Positions 12,901 through 25,900 of a stretch of 64,000 nt of DNA are shown here, one piece after another. Position numbers and translations under genes: made by a program. The first letter of the stretch is position 1; each line of letters starts with the position of its first letter. The notes under the pieces are model-generated. The model ran no database searches, was not told where the DNA came from, and saw nothing but the letters and a program-made list of their open reading frames with translations. Origin of the DNA: Ylistrum balloti (lineage: Eukaryota); the NCBI RefSeq assembly GCF_031769215.1, contig NW_026782284.1:558001-622000 (forward strand), given 5' to 3'.

Positions 12901-15140
12901 GGACATCAGACAGAGCCTTTTTGTCCTCATTCACACATAACATCAAGGGGACTGGACATCAGACAGAGCCTTTTTGTCCTCATTCACACATAACATCACG
13001 GGGACTGGACATCAGACAGAGCCTTTTCGTCCTCACTCACACATAACATCACAGGGACTGGACATCAGACAGAGCCTATTTGTCCTCATTCACACATAAC
13101 ATCACGGGGACTGGACATCAGACAGAGCCTATTTGTCCTCATTCACACATAACATCACGGGGACTGGACATCAAGCAGAACCTGTTTAAGTCGTCATCCA
13201 CGCATAACATCACAGGGACTTGACATCAGACAGAGCCTATTTAAGATCTCTCACACACATAACATCACAGGGACTGGACATCAGGCAGAGCCTATTTGTC
13301 CTCATTAACACATAACATCACAGGGACTGGACATCAGGCAGAACCTGTTTAAGTCCTCATCCACGCATAACATCACAGGGACTGGACATCAGACAGAGCC
13401 TTTTTGTCCTCATTCACACATAACATCACAGGGACTGGACATCAGACAGAGCCTTTTTGTCCTCATTCACACATAACATCACGGGGACTGGACATCAGGC
13501 AGAACCTGTTTAAGTCTTCATCCACGCATAACATCACAGGGACTGGACATCAGACAGAGCCTTTTTGTCCTCATTCACACATAACATCACAGGGACTGGA
13601 CATCAGACAGAGCCTTTTTGTCCTCATTCACACATAACATCACAGGGACTGGACATCAGACAGAGCTTATTTCTCCTCATCCACACATAACATCACAGGG
13701 ACTGGACATCAGGCAGGGCCTATTTGTCCTCATTCACACATAACATCACAGGGACTGGACATTAGGCCGAACTTGCTTAAGTCCACATCCACGCATAACA
13801 TCACATGAACTGGACATCAGGCAGGGCCTATTTGTCCTCATTCACACATAACATCACAGGGACTGAACATCAGGCAGAACCTGTCTAAGTCGTCATCCAC
13901 GCATAACATCACAGGGACTGGACATCAGACAGAGCCTTTTTGTCCTCATTCACACATAACATCACGGGGACTGGACATCAGACAGAGCCTTTTCGTCCTC
14001 GTTCACACATAACATCACGGGGACTGGACATCAGACAGAGCCTATTTGTCCTCATTAACACATAACATCACAGGGACTGGACATCAGGCAGAACCTGTTT
14101 AAGTCCTCATCCACGCATAACATCACGGGGACTGGACATCAGACAGAGCCTTTTTGTCCTCATTCACACATAACATCACGGGGACTGGACATCAGACAGA
14201 GCCTATTTGTCCTCATTCACACATAACATCACGGGGACTGGACATCAGACAGAGCCTTTTCGTCCTCACTCACACATAACATCACAGGGACTGGACATCA
14301 GACAGAGCCTATTTGTCCTCATTCACACATAACATCACGGGGACTGGACATCAGACAGGGCCTATTTGTCCTCATTCACACATAACATCACGGGGACTGG
14401 ACATCAAGCAGAACCTGTTTAAGTCGTCATCCACGCATAACATCACAGGGACTTGACATCAGACAGAGCCTATTTAAGATCTCTCACACACATAACATCA
14501 CAGGGACTGGACATCAGGCAGAGCCTATTTGTCCTCATTAACACATAACATCACAGGGACTGGACATCAGGCAGAACATGTTTAAGTCCTCATCCACGCA
14601 TAACATCACAAGGACTTGACATCAGATAGAGCCTATTTAAGATCTCTCACACACATAACATCACAGGGACTGGACATCAGGCAGAACCTATTTGTCCTCA
14701 TGAACACATAACATCACAGGGACTGGACATCAGGCAGAACATATTTGTCCTCATTAACACATAACATCACAGGGACTGGACATCAGGCAGAACCTGTTTA
14801 AGTCCTCATCCACGCATACCATCACTGGGACTGGACATCAGACAGAGCCTATTTGTCCTCATTCACACATAACATCACAGGGACTGGACATCAGGCAGAA
14901 CCTGTTTAAGTCCTCATCCACGCATAACATCACAGGGACTGGACATCAGACAGAGCCTTTTTGTCCTCATTCACACATAACATCACAGGGACTGGACATC
15001 AGACAGAGCCTTTTTGTCCTCATTCACACATAACATCACGGGGACTGGACATCAGACAGAGCTTATTTCTCCTCATCCACACATAACATCACAGGGACTG
15101 GACATCAGGCAGGGCCTATTTTAGTCCTCCTCAACACCTA
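9945..15140. repeat. 53/55-bp satellite, ~95-100 monomers, ~5.2 kb, with several monomer variants
   Basis: CATAACATCAC(A/G)GGGACTGGACATCAG(A/G)CAGAGCCT... repeated continuously. Confidence 0.97.
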
Positions 15141-15813
15141 ACATCAGAGTTGTACAAGACAAAGTACATCAACAATACAGCATAGTCATTACACAACAAC
15201 AAGGAAGCAAATCCTACCTACCGTTAAAAATACATGGATAATTAAACATGTATCAACCACTAGGCTATATATCTGTAGATATATGTTGAAATTTCTTCAC
15301 CTCATCAGACATGGGCAAGGAGTATTTTACTTTAGTGATACATTCAGCAATTACAAAACCACAGCTGATTCCAGAAAGCGATTCGTCTTTCCCGTATAAA
15401 CCAACTCGTGCGCATGTCTGAAGAACCTCTTCAGTGCATTTTCCACTGATAATAATCAGCACAGAACTATTTAATATTTCTGTACTCTGTCCTGAGTTGT
15501 CTGCAAACCATTCGGGATATAAGATATAGGATACAGTGCTGGACAACACAAATTATAAAATAAGAAAATCGAGTTCATCGCGTTCATTTAGAACGTCATT
15601 TAAATTGCCGCTGTGTCAACAGACATGTCACAATGATTCTAAAAAGCAAAACAAAAAGAAAAGACTATCGTGTCTATTGCAAGGGTCTTAACCGCTCGTC
15701 ACAAATGACGATTGATATCGGTGCTTATTGTTAACGAGAGATCTGACTTCACAGACGCTCTTTATAATATATTCAAATACATGCATATTTCGTGTAGTCT
15801 ACACTATAACATT

Positions 15814-17064
15814 TCACAAGGAATGGGAATAGGTCACAACGCCAATAACGATTGTCATAATGATAAAGACAACAAGGAAACAACAAAACAATGGGCAGTC
15901 GAGTTTAGGCAGTACGTCTTTCAAGCAAACACGCGTTTGGTTTCTCTTTGATTGATTGACTTCTTTGTTCTCTAAAACGTCATCCTCGAAGTCAACTACA
16001 TCATTACTGCCCAAAGGATTTACTTGGGACGTGTTTTTAAAACCCAGCATGTTGGAAATCGATGCCGGTGCCGGAGTTTCGCCATACTCGATGAACAGGC
16101 GAACTTGTATGACTGTTATCAGGACTATAACCACACTGAACACCAGCAGCGCGAGTAGATACATGGTCAGGTAGGACACGTGTTGGGAGTTATGTGGCAG
16201 TTCTGAAGCGATTAATCCCATAAATACAGCATACGATAGATACACTGTCACACAGAACGAGTTCTTCTCTCCTGAAGACAGGGGAATCAGGAACACACAG
16301 ATGTTCAAAAATGCCAGTAGAATAACAGGAGTTAACATTGTCAATACGACGAATTTTGGTCTCCGCTTTAGACGTATCATATAATCAACATATGATTGCA
16401 TTGATGAATAGTCGAGTCCCGAACTTTTAGCTTCAGTCTTTATTAAAGCCCATTCAACATTTTCCTGGAAGTCTATGAGATTCATTGTATCTAAATTTGA
16501 GATGAGCGCCACTTCGGAAACAGGTCCATCCCATATTTTGAATCTGAAATAGCAATCCTGAGAATCAAAAGGATAATAAGTAATATCTACTTCACATGTA
16601 ACAACATAACTGTCCCCAGGGAACCACATCACCGTCCCGTCAAAGTAAACTAGGGCCGTCCCAGCCGAGTGAGTAAGCATAGTTATTTTCCCAAAGGTGT
16701 TCATTAGGGCAATATTTGGGAGCCATATTGAATTTCCATCTATATGTACGTGGAACGCGTTACCATATTCAGATTTGTTCCACAATAGGGATTCGTCTGT
16801 CCACCGCAAATCAAACACACCTGTTACTGCGAGTTTCTGTGACTTTTCGTCAAATTCGTTTATCGAATTCAATGCGAATGTCATATTCACATGAACAGAA
16901 TAACTTTGTTTTAACACAGGTCGGAGCCTTTTGTCATAACCATCGAAAATACGTGTGAGGAGTTTTTTCTGTTCGTCTAAAGTTGTTGTAATGTGATGGC
17001 TATGAGTCAAACTAGTCATTGACGACAGGAAGCACCAGAGCAACATCTTATTCACCGGTTCCAT
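15814..17064 (-). CDS. Nicotinic acetylcholine receptor-like subunit, non-alpha, intronless CDS, paralog 2
   Basis: 416-aa ORF: signal peptide, GYDKRLRP, Cys-loop CEVDITYYPFDSQDC, 4 TM, GEK before TM2, no vicinal CC. Acceptor-like TTTCAG about 25 nt upstream of the ATG. Confidence 0.96.
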   Translation of the reverse strand: MEPVNKMLLWCFLSSMTSLTHSHHITTTLDEQKKLLTRIFDGYDKRLRPVLKQSYSVHVNMTFALNSINEFDEKSQKLAVTGVFDLRWTDESLLWNKSEYGNAFHVHIDGNSIWLPNIALMNTFGKITMLTHSAGTALVYFDGTVMWFPGDSYVVTCEVDITYYPFDSQDCYFRFKIWDGPVSEVALISNLDTMNLIDFQENVEWALIKTEAKSSGLDYSSMQSYVDYMIRLKRRPKFVVLTMLTPVILLAFLNICVFLIPLSSGEKNSFCVTVYLSYAVFMGLIASELPHNSQHVSYLTMYLLALLVFSVVIVLITVIQVRLFIEYGETPAPASISNMLGFKNTSQVNPLGSNDVVDFEDDVLENKEVNQSKRNQTRVCLKDVLPKLDCPLFCCFLVVFIIMTIVIGVVTYSHSL

Positions 17065-17239
17065 ACCTAGTATATAGTCTTCAGTTCCTGAAATTCAATT
17101 CGGAATATAATTAACATAATATAGTATTGGACAGCTATGTAAACATAATTAATATCTTAGATAAAGATTACATGCAACAATAATCAGTAGCGAATTGAAG
17201 AAGGTTTCCACAGGCTTCAACTCTCAAATCAGCGGTTCT

Positions 17240-17400
17240 CTCTTGCAAGCCCGTAAATGACGGACAAACTCGTAACAGGTGCTTTCAAAATTATTGGGAA
17301 GTTTTATGGTCGCCATAGTGATCTTATTGAGAAATATTCTATTTCTTTGTGCGATAAGAAACTGGCCGTTTATGATGCTCGTTAGTTTGCCTGTTGGTTC
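17240..17400 (+). mobile_element. Decayed Penelope-like (Naiad-type) retroelement fragment, RT C-terminus
   Basis: TGACGGACAAACTC...GGGAAGTTTTATG...TTCTATTTCTTTGT is shared with 58020-58120 and encodes (K)FYGRHSDLIEKYS-like sequence. Confidence 0.5.
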
Positions 17401-18499
17401 CGTTGTTGTACATCTGTAATATACCATTACGTACCCATATTTAGATTTCGCGCGCAGAGACTGCTTGCGCCGGATGTAGATACCTGAGCGTGGAATACAC
17501 GGGAGAAACATGATCTCGTGCGGTAACAATAGGAGAGTATGTATAGCGTTACCTACTGCAAATACCTATATACTGGACATTGCCACGCAATCTTCAGCTT
17601 GTGGTGAGTATCGTACATATAAACCCATTTGTAAATATCATTTTTATAATGGAAGCTGCTGTGTATATAAACATACACCTATTTTAGATAGTTATTCATA
17701 GATATCGGGCACTAGGCATCACGTGTATAAACACGTGCTATAATTAGTTATCATTCAATATTCAGTGCTTTATGCGAAAGTTACGGATTTGATTTGGTAT
17801 TATTTATTTATTATACGTCAGTTGATGTTGTTTATAGCGTCAAACGTCAGTATGATATTTGTTGGAGTAATCAAGTGATATGTTTTCATACCTGTAACGT
17901 GGGACATATCAGTATATTAAGGAGTTCTGGGCTGTATCTATGCATAATTATGTAAATATGTAATTTGATTCCGGATGAATTAAGAACATAGTAGGTGTAT
18001 TATAACAGATGGTTTTGGAAATATGCAATGGAACATTTCCATTTAATTGTAGTTATGTCCAATGTCTGGTGTAGATACTTTGTATTCAGACACGGCCAGA
18101 CCGTTGATTGAGTCAAGTTGTATCCTTTGACATCCTTTGTAATACCGGTGATGTGGTATCAGTGACATTGTGTGGTGACTTGCTCAGAGGTGGAATGCTA
18201 CCCGCCTATATTTTTACAGTGAATAATTATAATGGAAAACAGCCCATTAATGAACTGTTATTACTTAGTGTGATGCTTACGACACTTTGTGTTGTATTCT
18301 TAGGTTTATGTATGAATGCGAGTGTAAATGGAGAAAATGTTTGTAGCTATTGTTTATATTGTACATAAGAAACAAATGTTGTAAATAATGTAAACATGGT
18401 GTTTTCCTTGCTGTCACTGCTATCATATGGACAACATGCTCATCTCGCTACAACATCGTGTTCTCATTTGAGAACGTCACATTACTTACTTGGATGGAA

Positions 18500-18690
18500 C
18501 AAGATTTACACGGCGGGTGTCGTCGATGAAGCAGAAGACGCCTGCTCTGCTGGAACACCTGGTCTTATTACACTGTTTGTGGAATCACTGTGTAAACCTT
18601 TCTTTTGTTCAGATTTTGACATTGTGTCATGGAAATTGAGCTTGGATTATCATTATGTTGATATGTTGGTATTGCTTGGTGTTTTTGGAA
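18500..18690 (+). mobile_element. 3' tail of the same PLE-related repeat family
   Basis: GTGTCGTCGATGAAGCAGAAG...GAACACCTGGTCTTATT...TTGGATTATCATTATGTTG closely matches 58215-58380. Confidence 0.55.
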
Positions 18691-20085
18691 AAGAAAAATT
18701 CACAGGCAAGCAAGATGAAACAATTATGTAATAAAGCAATATTAAAGCAATATCGGCGATGTTTAAAGTTTACTTAACTTTACTGTCTGTAGAAAAACAA
18801 TGGTGAAAAGAGGGTTCATTTAAATTACATAGACAATAGCCCTACAAACCGTAATTGCAATACTCAATGGTAATCCGTCAGTCAAAAATAGAACTCCGAG
18901 TATATCAACGGGCCAGACAACACTGTGTGCTGGAGCAGTCTTTTTGTCATTATGTGAACCATTGATCCGAGGAATCTAATGTCTCTGTTGCAGTAACACG
19001 TCACCCTTGCATACAAATTGTAATTAAATCCATTTAACCCGAAATATAATTAATTTACGTTTCATTGACTTGTGAATTATTTCCTGATTCTGATATTCAA
19101 TTGTTTGAAATACTATAAAACTATGCAGTAATCCCTCCGTCGATGCCAGTGTTGTATTGTCGTCGGTAACGAGAAAAACAAATCGACTATAAAGGATAAC
19201 CCAAACCTCTTGCGGTTTTTTCCTTTTTTTTAAGGATAACCCATACTTCTTGCGGTTTTTTTTCTGTGAAAGTTCAAACATACAAATCCTATATTGAAAA
19301 ATATCGATTTTAGAATGATCTTTTTATGGCTCATTTTTAATGGAATTTCCTGATGAGTTGAAGACACAATGATAAAAAGTTTGTACTGAAACATATAAAG
19401 ATGGCTCATTAAAACAAAAACAAGGAAAAAATAATCTAACCTTGTAAAAAGCACAACACACAGATACAAATAATTTCTCTATCAAAATGTCGCATACTTT
19501 CAAATGATCGGTTTATGTCTATGCCATTCTGTATCACTGTAAGTTACCTCAGGTTTCTGTGAGTTAGTGGCGTTACAAAACAGTCAAAGTGCAGTCGTAT
19601 TTACCAAGAACATATCCTACCATTTAAGGTGAATTCAAGGCGATATCTGGGTTTTCGTCATGACAAAAATTTATGGAATAAATCTTACTATATGAAAACA
19701 TTTTAATACATTTACATATTTGTTTGTTTGCAATTCATCGACCTAGCATAACTACCCAAACATAAATCTGAAAAGGTTCCAAACCAATAAGCCAGGGACA
19801 CTTTATCATAAGTGTTTTTCAACAATAATCACATTATCTGTCTCATTATCATGGTGTACAAAGTCTGAATGATTGCACCTATAGCTTCAATTACGACCTT
19901 AACAATGGCATAACCTTGTCTTCTTAGTATTCTTAATATCGTTCTTTTATTAGTATTATATTTCGTAATAACCTCACTTATAGAGTCATTTAGCAAACAA
20001 AAATAAACATGGGAGAACCCTTGTATCTACACCGAAGCATCGCCGACATACACGAGATCGAGGGAGTGAAAATCTGCATAAAGAC

Positions 20086-20192
20086 ACTTGTGAGTGGCAG
20101 CATCCCTGAAACGCTTGTGAGCAGCAGCATCCCTGAAACGCTTGTGAGTGGCAGCATCCCTGAAACGCTTGTGAGCAGCAGCATCCCTGAAA
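20086..20192. repeat. 27-bp minisatellite x4
   Basis: CTTGTGAG(T/C)(G/A)GCAGCATCCCTGAAACG repeated. Confidence 0.9.
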
Positions 20193-21281
20193 AGTGTCTG
20201 GATGTCTTTAACAGCCGTTACCTTCTCATTTTATTTCCATTTCTGGGTTCAACGGTTTAACATTAATTATATATTATAACAATCTTCCATTTTTCACTAT
20301 GCCAGTTTTAGTTTCTATATCAAAAGAAATGTATAAATCACCACCAAATGCTCTATGTCCTCACATACTAAATAGCAGGATGAATGGGAATACCGAAATT
20401 TAATTTGTAGTGTTTTTGACCACGATAAAATTGCATCTAAGCAAACGCTTGTTCTTACTACAAACGTATGTGAATAACGCACTTAGACAGCAATGACAGT
20501 GTGACAGCAAAGTATGCAAAATAAACTATATTCAAATATATGTTGCTAAGGGAATAAATTAAACTTATAATTTGAAATGAAACAAGAAGTACGATAAAAG
20601 CATATCAGAAACGAATCAGTAATAGTGAATAATTCAAAACAAAACGAGAATTTCAAAACAATGAATCAGACCCCTGCCTTCTCCAACGATATCAACTTAC
20701 CTTTGTCTTATGAAGTCAATGGAGCAATGTTCGGCGGCACAATTCAGAATAGTACACTGCCGTCAGAAAATCTACCAACTATGCCTTAATAGAGCTACCG
20801 AGTGACAACACTCCGGCTATTCTGAATCTTTCACAGACGATCTGGTTTAAACTTATTCCAATTTGCGAGATTTATACGCTAGAGAATAATATACAGTGTT
20901 TCGACTGATTGTAAATAGGCTGATATGGTATGGAAATGATATTTAATTCCCTGAAGTTTCGTGGAGGATATTGTATACAACAAAGTAATGAATATTCTAG
21001 TCAAAGTATGCGAAGTCGTGTAAGGCTGATTATCCTTGGGATAGCACGTGAGTGGGAAATCACCGCATCGATATATTAAAAATTCATATCATTACTTAAT
21101 GACGAAATAAATTGATTTTGAACTAACGGAAAGTTAATGACTGTGTTGATAATCAACTCTCAGCGCTTGTATTAAATATGGATACAATTTTTGATTCAAC
21201 TCATTTCGGTCGATCACCTGAACTCGATGCTAATTTCATACCGTAAAAAAAAGAGTTACATCAAGTATTTAACTGATAACA

Positions 21282-21725
21282 TGTTTATACTCTATATTGT
21301 CTAGTAACATGTTTGTACTCTATATTGTCTAGTAACATGTTTGTACTCTATATTGTCTATGTTTGTACTCTATATTGTCTATGTTTGTACTCTATATTGT
21401 CTAGTTACATGTTTGTACTCTATATTGTCTATGTTTGTACTCTATATTGTCTAGTAACATGTTTGTACTCTATATTGTCTATGTTTGTACTCTATATTGT
21501 CTAGTAACATGTTTGTACTCTATATTGTCTAGTAACATGTTTGTACTCTATATTGTCTAGTAACATGTTTGTACTCTATATTGTCTAGTTACATGTTTGT
21601 ACTCTATATTGTCTGTGTTTGTACTCTATATTGTCTAGTTACATGTTTGTACTCTATATTGTCTAGTAACATGTTTGTACTCTATATTGTCTAGTTACAT
21701 GTTTATACTCTATGTTGTCTAGCTA
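21282..21725. repeat. 28/22-bp minisatellite, ~16 copies
   Basis: TGTTTGTACTCTATATTGTCTA(GTAACA) repeated. Confidence 0.92.
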
Positions 21726-22859
21726 CATTAAACTAACCTGCTTTAAGTAATTACGGCCAATCACCTGAGCATACATCGTAAACCATGTAAAGACAGCCAT
21801 ATATTGTAATAACCTGGTTTCAGGTTTTATTGTATGATGTACAACTTCATATGCCAAACGTGTATTTCCTAGTTACTGACATCTACATACGTAATTAGAG
21901 GTATACAACCTACATCAGTTAATCACATGTACTTGTTCATAGTGTAATTCTAATTACTAACATATCATTGATGTTCCTCTATAATAGTGATGTACCCAGA
22001 TACTTTTATTTGTATCATACTGCTTCCCGGTTGTTCGTATAGGTCGACCTCGTTCTCGTTGTTCTGCAGTTCGTGTTATTAAATTTCATGATACATATTA
22101 TATCATTTGTTACCTTGATTTAGTGTTAAATTATTAGGGACGGTACTTGTACCGTGTGGAAATCGGGCATTATTAATATTAAAATTTGTATGTAGAAACA
22201 ATTATGAGTGATGCACGATGTATGTTTATAAATTACAGGTACATAATGTACAACATCTTGTTAAACGATCAAAAAAAGATAAAAGATAAAAAGTTCAACC
22301 TGTCACTGGTCAAACATATATTATTTTATAACACTAATAAATTTGTAAGACATGATTAAGGAAAATGTGATAACTATTTATGAGTCATAAATATGTCACA
22401 GGGCGTTTTTTAATTTCACAAACAATGAAATGCGAACATATAACAACATCGAAAGCAAAACAAAACAGAATCACTCTGTAGTACATATATATGACGTCCG
22501 AAATGACGGGGGAAATGTCATGAAATTTCCTACTAAATCAATTATGCCAGATTATTTTTATCAATATAATCCCCCCCCCCCCCCCCCTCATTATTATTAT
22601 TGTCTAAGTAAAGTATTTCCCTCTCGATATCATCGGGATCGGGCACAAGTTAAACAACTTTTATAATTCTCCCTACAACAATATATCTATGTACATATTA
22701 ACAAATGTAAAGATGACATATCAACAACATCAAAACATATCTATTGTTTGTTAGGAGGGGTTGTAAAAGGTCACGATAGGCATGATAGAAAATGACAGAT
22801 TGCCGGCAATGAAATATATGATCACAAGGAACATGTCACGCGGTAAAAAAAATGCAAAA

Positions 22860-23015
22860 ATGGTTCTTAAAAATTTGAAAAATCCACCACATCCAAGGAA
22901 AATGTCACAATGGTTCTTTAGAACAGAAAAATACATCAACTTCCAAAGAAAGTGTCACCATGGTTCTTTAGAACAGAAAAAAATGCCACCACATCCAAAG
23001 AAAGTGTCACAATGA
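22860..23015. repeat. Degenerate ~50-bp tandem triplication
   Basis: ...CATCCAAAGAAAGTGTCAC(A/C)ATGGTTCTTTAGAACAGAAAAA recurs. Confidence 0.6.
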
Positions 23016-23385
23016 TTTTCCTTTTTAGAAGTCTTTGTGTAATTATATTTTCTCTCTAATTTGTTTGAAATTGGTTAGTTTTGGATGAGGTCGACATGTT
23101 AGTATTGTGTTTTAACACAGTTGTCACTCCAATGAATCCAAACGAAAACGTCAAAATGTCTCACTAAAGACGAATATGTCTCCACGTCCCTGGAAAATGT
23201 TACAATGATTCCGAAATACTGAAGGTAGGTAACATCATCCAAAGAGGAAACAACAATTTGTGTATAAAACACGTGATATGTCAAGAGGCAATAGAAAATG
23301 CTATGAATGATATAAGCCATGGCCTCTCTTCTTAATTTATTTAAAGAGACAAATTCCTATTTCCCATACTCAACACCTTAAATAT

Positions 23386-24663
23386 TTACGAGGAATGAGA
23401 ATAGGTCAGGATACCAAAAATTGACGTCATGACACAAAAGATGACGAGGAAGAAAAAGAACAAGGGGACATCAAGTCTCGGCAGCACATCCTTTAAACAG
23501 ACACAGTTGTCGTTCCTTTTTGGTTGTTCTATTTCCTCGTCATTTGAAGTGGTCATGTCTTTTCCTTTCATATCAGCTGAATCGTTGGTCAAAGGCTTGA
23601 CTTGAGATAAGTTTCCACGTGCACAGCATGCGAAGAGTTTAATCATGGATGCCGGTGCCGGAGTTTCGCCATACTCGATGAACAGGCGAACTTGTATGAC
23701 TGTTATCAGGACGATAACCACACTGAACACCAGCAGCGCGAGTAGATACATGGTCAGGTAGGACACGTTTTTGGAGTTATGTGGCAGTTCTGCAGTGATT
23801 AATCCCAGAAATACAGCATATGATAGATACACTGTCACACAGAACGAGTTCCTCTCTCCTGAAGACAGGGGAATCAGGAACACACAGATATTTAAAATCG
23901 CCAGTAGAATAATAGGAACTAGGATTGTCAAAACAATGAATTTCGGTCTCCGCTGTAGTCGCATAAAATGATCTACAAATGCCGTCAAATTCTTGGAATG
24001 GAGTCCGGTATCTTCAATCTCAGCTTTGATCACTGTCCATTCGGCGTTGTCTTGTAATTCCGAGAGATCCATCGAATCTTCCAGTGACAAGAGGGCCACT
24101 TCAGAAATGGTATCATCCCACATTTCAAACGTGAAATGACAATCCTGAGTATCAAAAGGATAAAATGTTATATCAACTTCACAAGAAACGACAAAACTGT
24201 CTCCTGGTATCCATATCACTGTCCCATCGAAGTGTACGAGTGCAGATCCACCTAAATCAGGCAGTAGAGTTAATTTCCCAATTGTGTTCTTAAGAGCAAT
24301 ATTAGGGAGCCATATTGAATTTCTATCAACCTTAACATATGAAATATTACCATAGTCATCCGGATCCCAGAATAAAGTTTCATCTATCCAGGACGTATAA
24401 ATCCAACCAGTTACTGCAAGTTTCTGGGACTTTTCGTCAAATTCGTTTAATGACGATATTACGAAATCCACTACTACATAAAGGGAATGACTCTGATTCC
24501 AAACAGGTCGGATGCGTTTGTCGTAGCCGTCGTATATGTAGGCGTAAATATTTTTCACATCGTCTGTTGTCGCCGATGATGTGCTTTGGTGATGAGTGCC
24601 ACTTGTCATCAACACTAAGAAGAACCAGGTCAGCATAATCTTCGCCAACATATTACACCCCAT
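23386..24663 (-). CDS. Nicotinic acetylcholine receptor-like subunit, non-alpha, intronless CDS, paralog 3
   Basis: 425-aa ORF: signal peptide, GYDKRIRP, Cys-loop CEVDITFYPFDTQDC, 4 TM, GER before TM2, no vicinal CC. Acceptor TTGTCCTGTTTAG abuts the ATG. Confidence 0.96.
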   Translation of the reverse strand: MGCNMLAKIMLTWFFLVLMTSGTHHQSTSSATTDDVKNIYAYIYDGYDKRIRPVWNQSHSLYVVVDFVISSLNEFDEKSQKLAVTGWIYTSWIDETLFWDPDDYGNISYVKVDRNSIWLPNIALKNTIGKLTLLPDLGGSALVHFDGTVIWIPGDSFVVSCEVDITFYPFDTQDCHFTFEMWDDTISEVALLSLEDSMDLSELQDNAEWTVIKAEIEDTGLHSKNLTAFVDHFMRLQRRPKFIVLTILVPIILLAILNICVFLIPLSSGERNSFCVTVYLSYAVFLGLITAELPHNSKNVSYLTMYLLALLVFSVVIVLITVIQVRLFIEYGETPAPASMIKLFACCARGNLSQVKPLTNDSADMKGKDMTTSNDEEIEQPKRNDNCVCLKDVLPRLDVPLFFFFLVIFCVMTSIFGILTYSHSS

Positions 24664-25814
24664 CTAAACAGGACAATGGAATACTTCTGTTTCTTACTTT
24701 GTGATTTCTGTAATTTATTCGAAATTCATATGATAAGGATATGCTGACGGACAATAATAGGTATACTGTTTGGTTGGTAATATTCGCGGGAAATTTATTT
24801 TCGTTATCTTCGCGGTCAAAAGAGATTAAATTATATGCCCTGCAAACAGTGAATGGAAATATCAAGAACATGTCCGTTATTCTTGTAAATATGGTCAGCA
24901 TTAGACTAATGCGAAATCTCATACCCAATGTATTAGCCAATACGGGACAACTTCGAAACATAACGCAGACGATAGCAAACATCAGTATATGTCCATGATT
25001 TTATATATAAACACAAAAAAGTACCAACGTGATGATCGATTTCCATATGTTTAACTTTATTGAAAATTATTCTGACAATGAAATGATTGGAAATCAATGT
25101 GTAATTACATGCAATCATTTTCCCAGTTTCATTCGAGGCGTGATAAAAAGAAATTAACTATTGTTTTAAACTTCTTTAAGGATACATTTGATATTGTAAA
25201 CAGGAGCGAAGTACAAAATAGATATCTAGATGTACATTCTTTAACTTAAAGAAATAATTCATTGAGCAACTTCATTTTCAAATATTGAAATTATTTAGAC
25301 TAAAGAAATCGCATCTTTTTACCTTTCTACCTGACTTCGGAGAGCAATCACTTTTCTTTCACGGCAGGAAATATTACCATAGCAACTGTCAAAATAACAA
25401 GAACAGCAACAAAGAATGGAGTTACATAGATCTCAAAGATTAAACATTGTATCCTTCCAAATTGTTCGACTTACGTTCGATAGAATCATCGAAATGTATA
25501 TAAAACACGTGCCTGATTTTATATATTTTATGTATACATATAATTTGATCAAAATCAAATTATATCTTAATCTCAACATCAATATCAACATATATATAAT
25601 ATGTACTTTATTTGTTCCGTCGATGACAAAGTGTAACTTACCGAACAATTTGAAACTAATTTCCCGAAATAGTATAGAAATTAGACAAAATAAATAGCAG
25701 CGATCTCCGATGGCATCCTGAGTTACATTTACAGCCCGTTAGAATCCATACCGATGTTTCATTAGTGGTATCTAATACGCAGTTAGATGAAAATCATATA
25801 GAATTCAAGTCACA

Positions 25815-25900
25815 ATGTTCGGCACAGATCAGGTCATATGTTCGGCACAGTTCAGGTCACATGTTCGTTTTTCACAGTTCGGGTCACTTGTTCGGCACAC
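25815..25900. repeat. ~23-bp degenerate minisatellite x4
   Basis: TGTTCGGCACAG(A/T)TCAGGTCA repeated. Confidence 0.7.

Noticed and set aside
9945-15140. Satellite as a hammerhead array (minus-strand CTGATG, TGAGGAC)
   Set aside because: No CUGANGA followed by a stem and GAAA in either orientation.
15265-15549. 94-aa minus-strand ORF with an acceptor-like start
   Set aside because: No recognisable family or partner exons; left unannotated.
20086-20192. 27-bp repeat containing CTGAAACG as a hammerhead
   Set aside because: No CUGANGA core or stem II.
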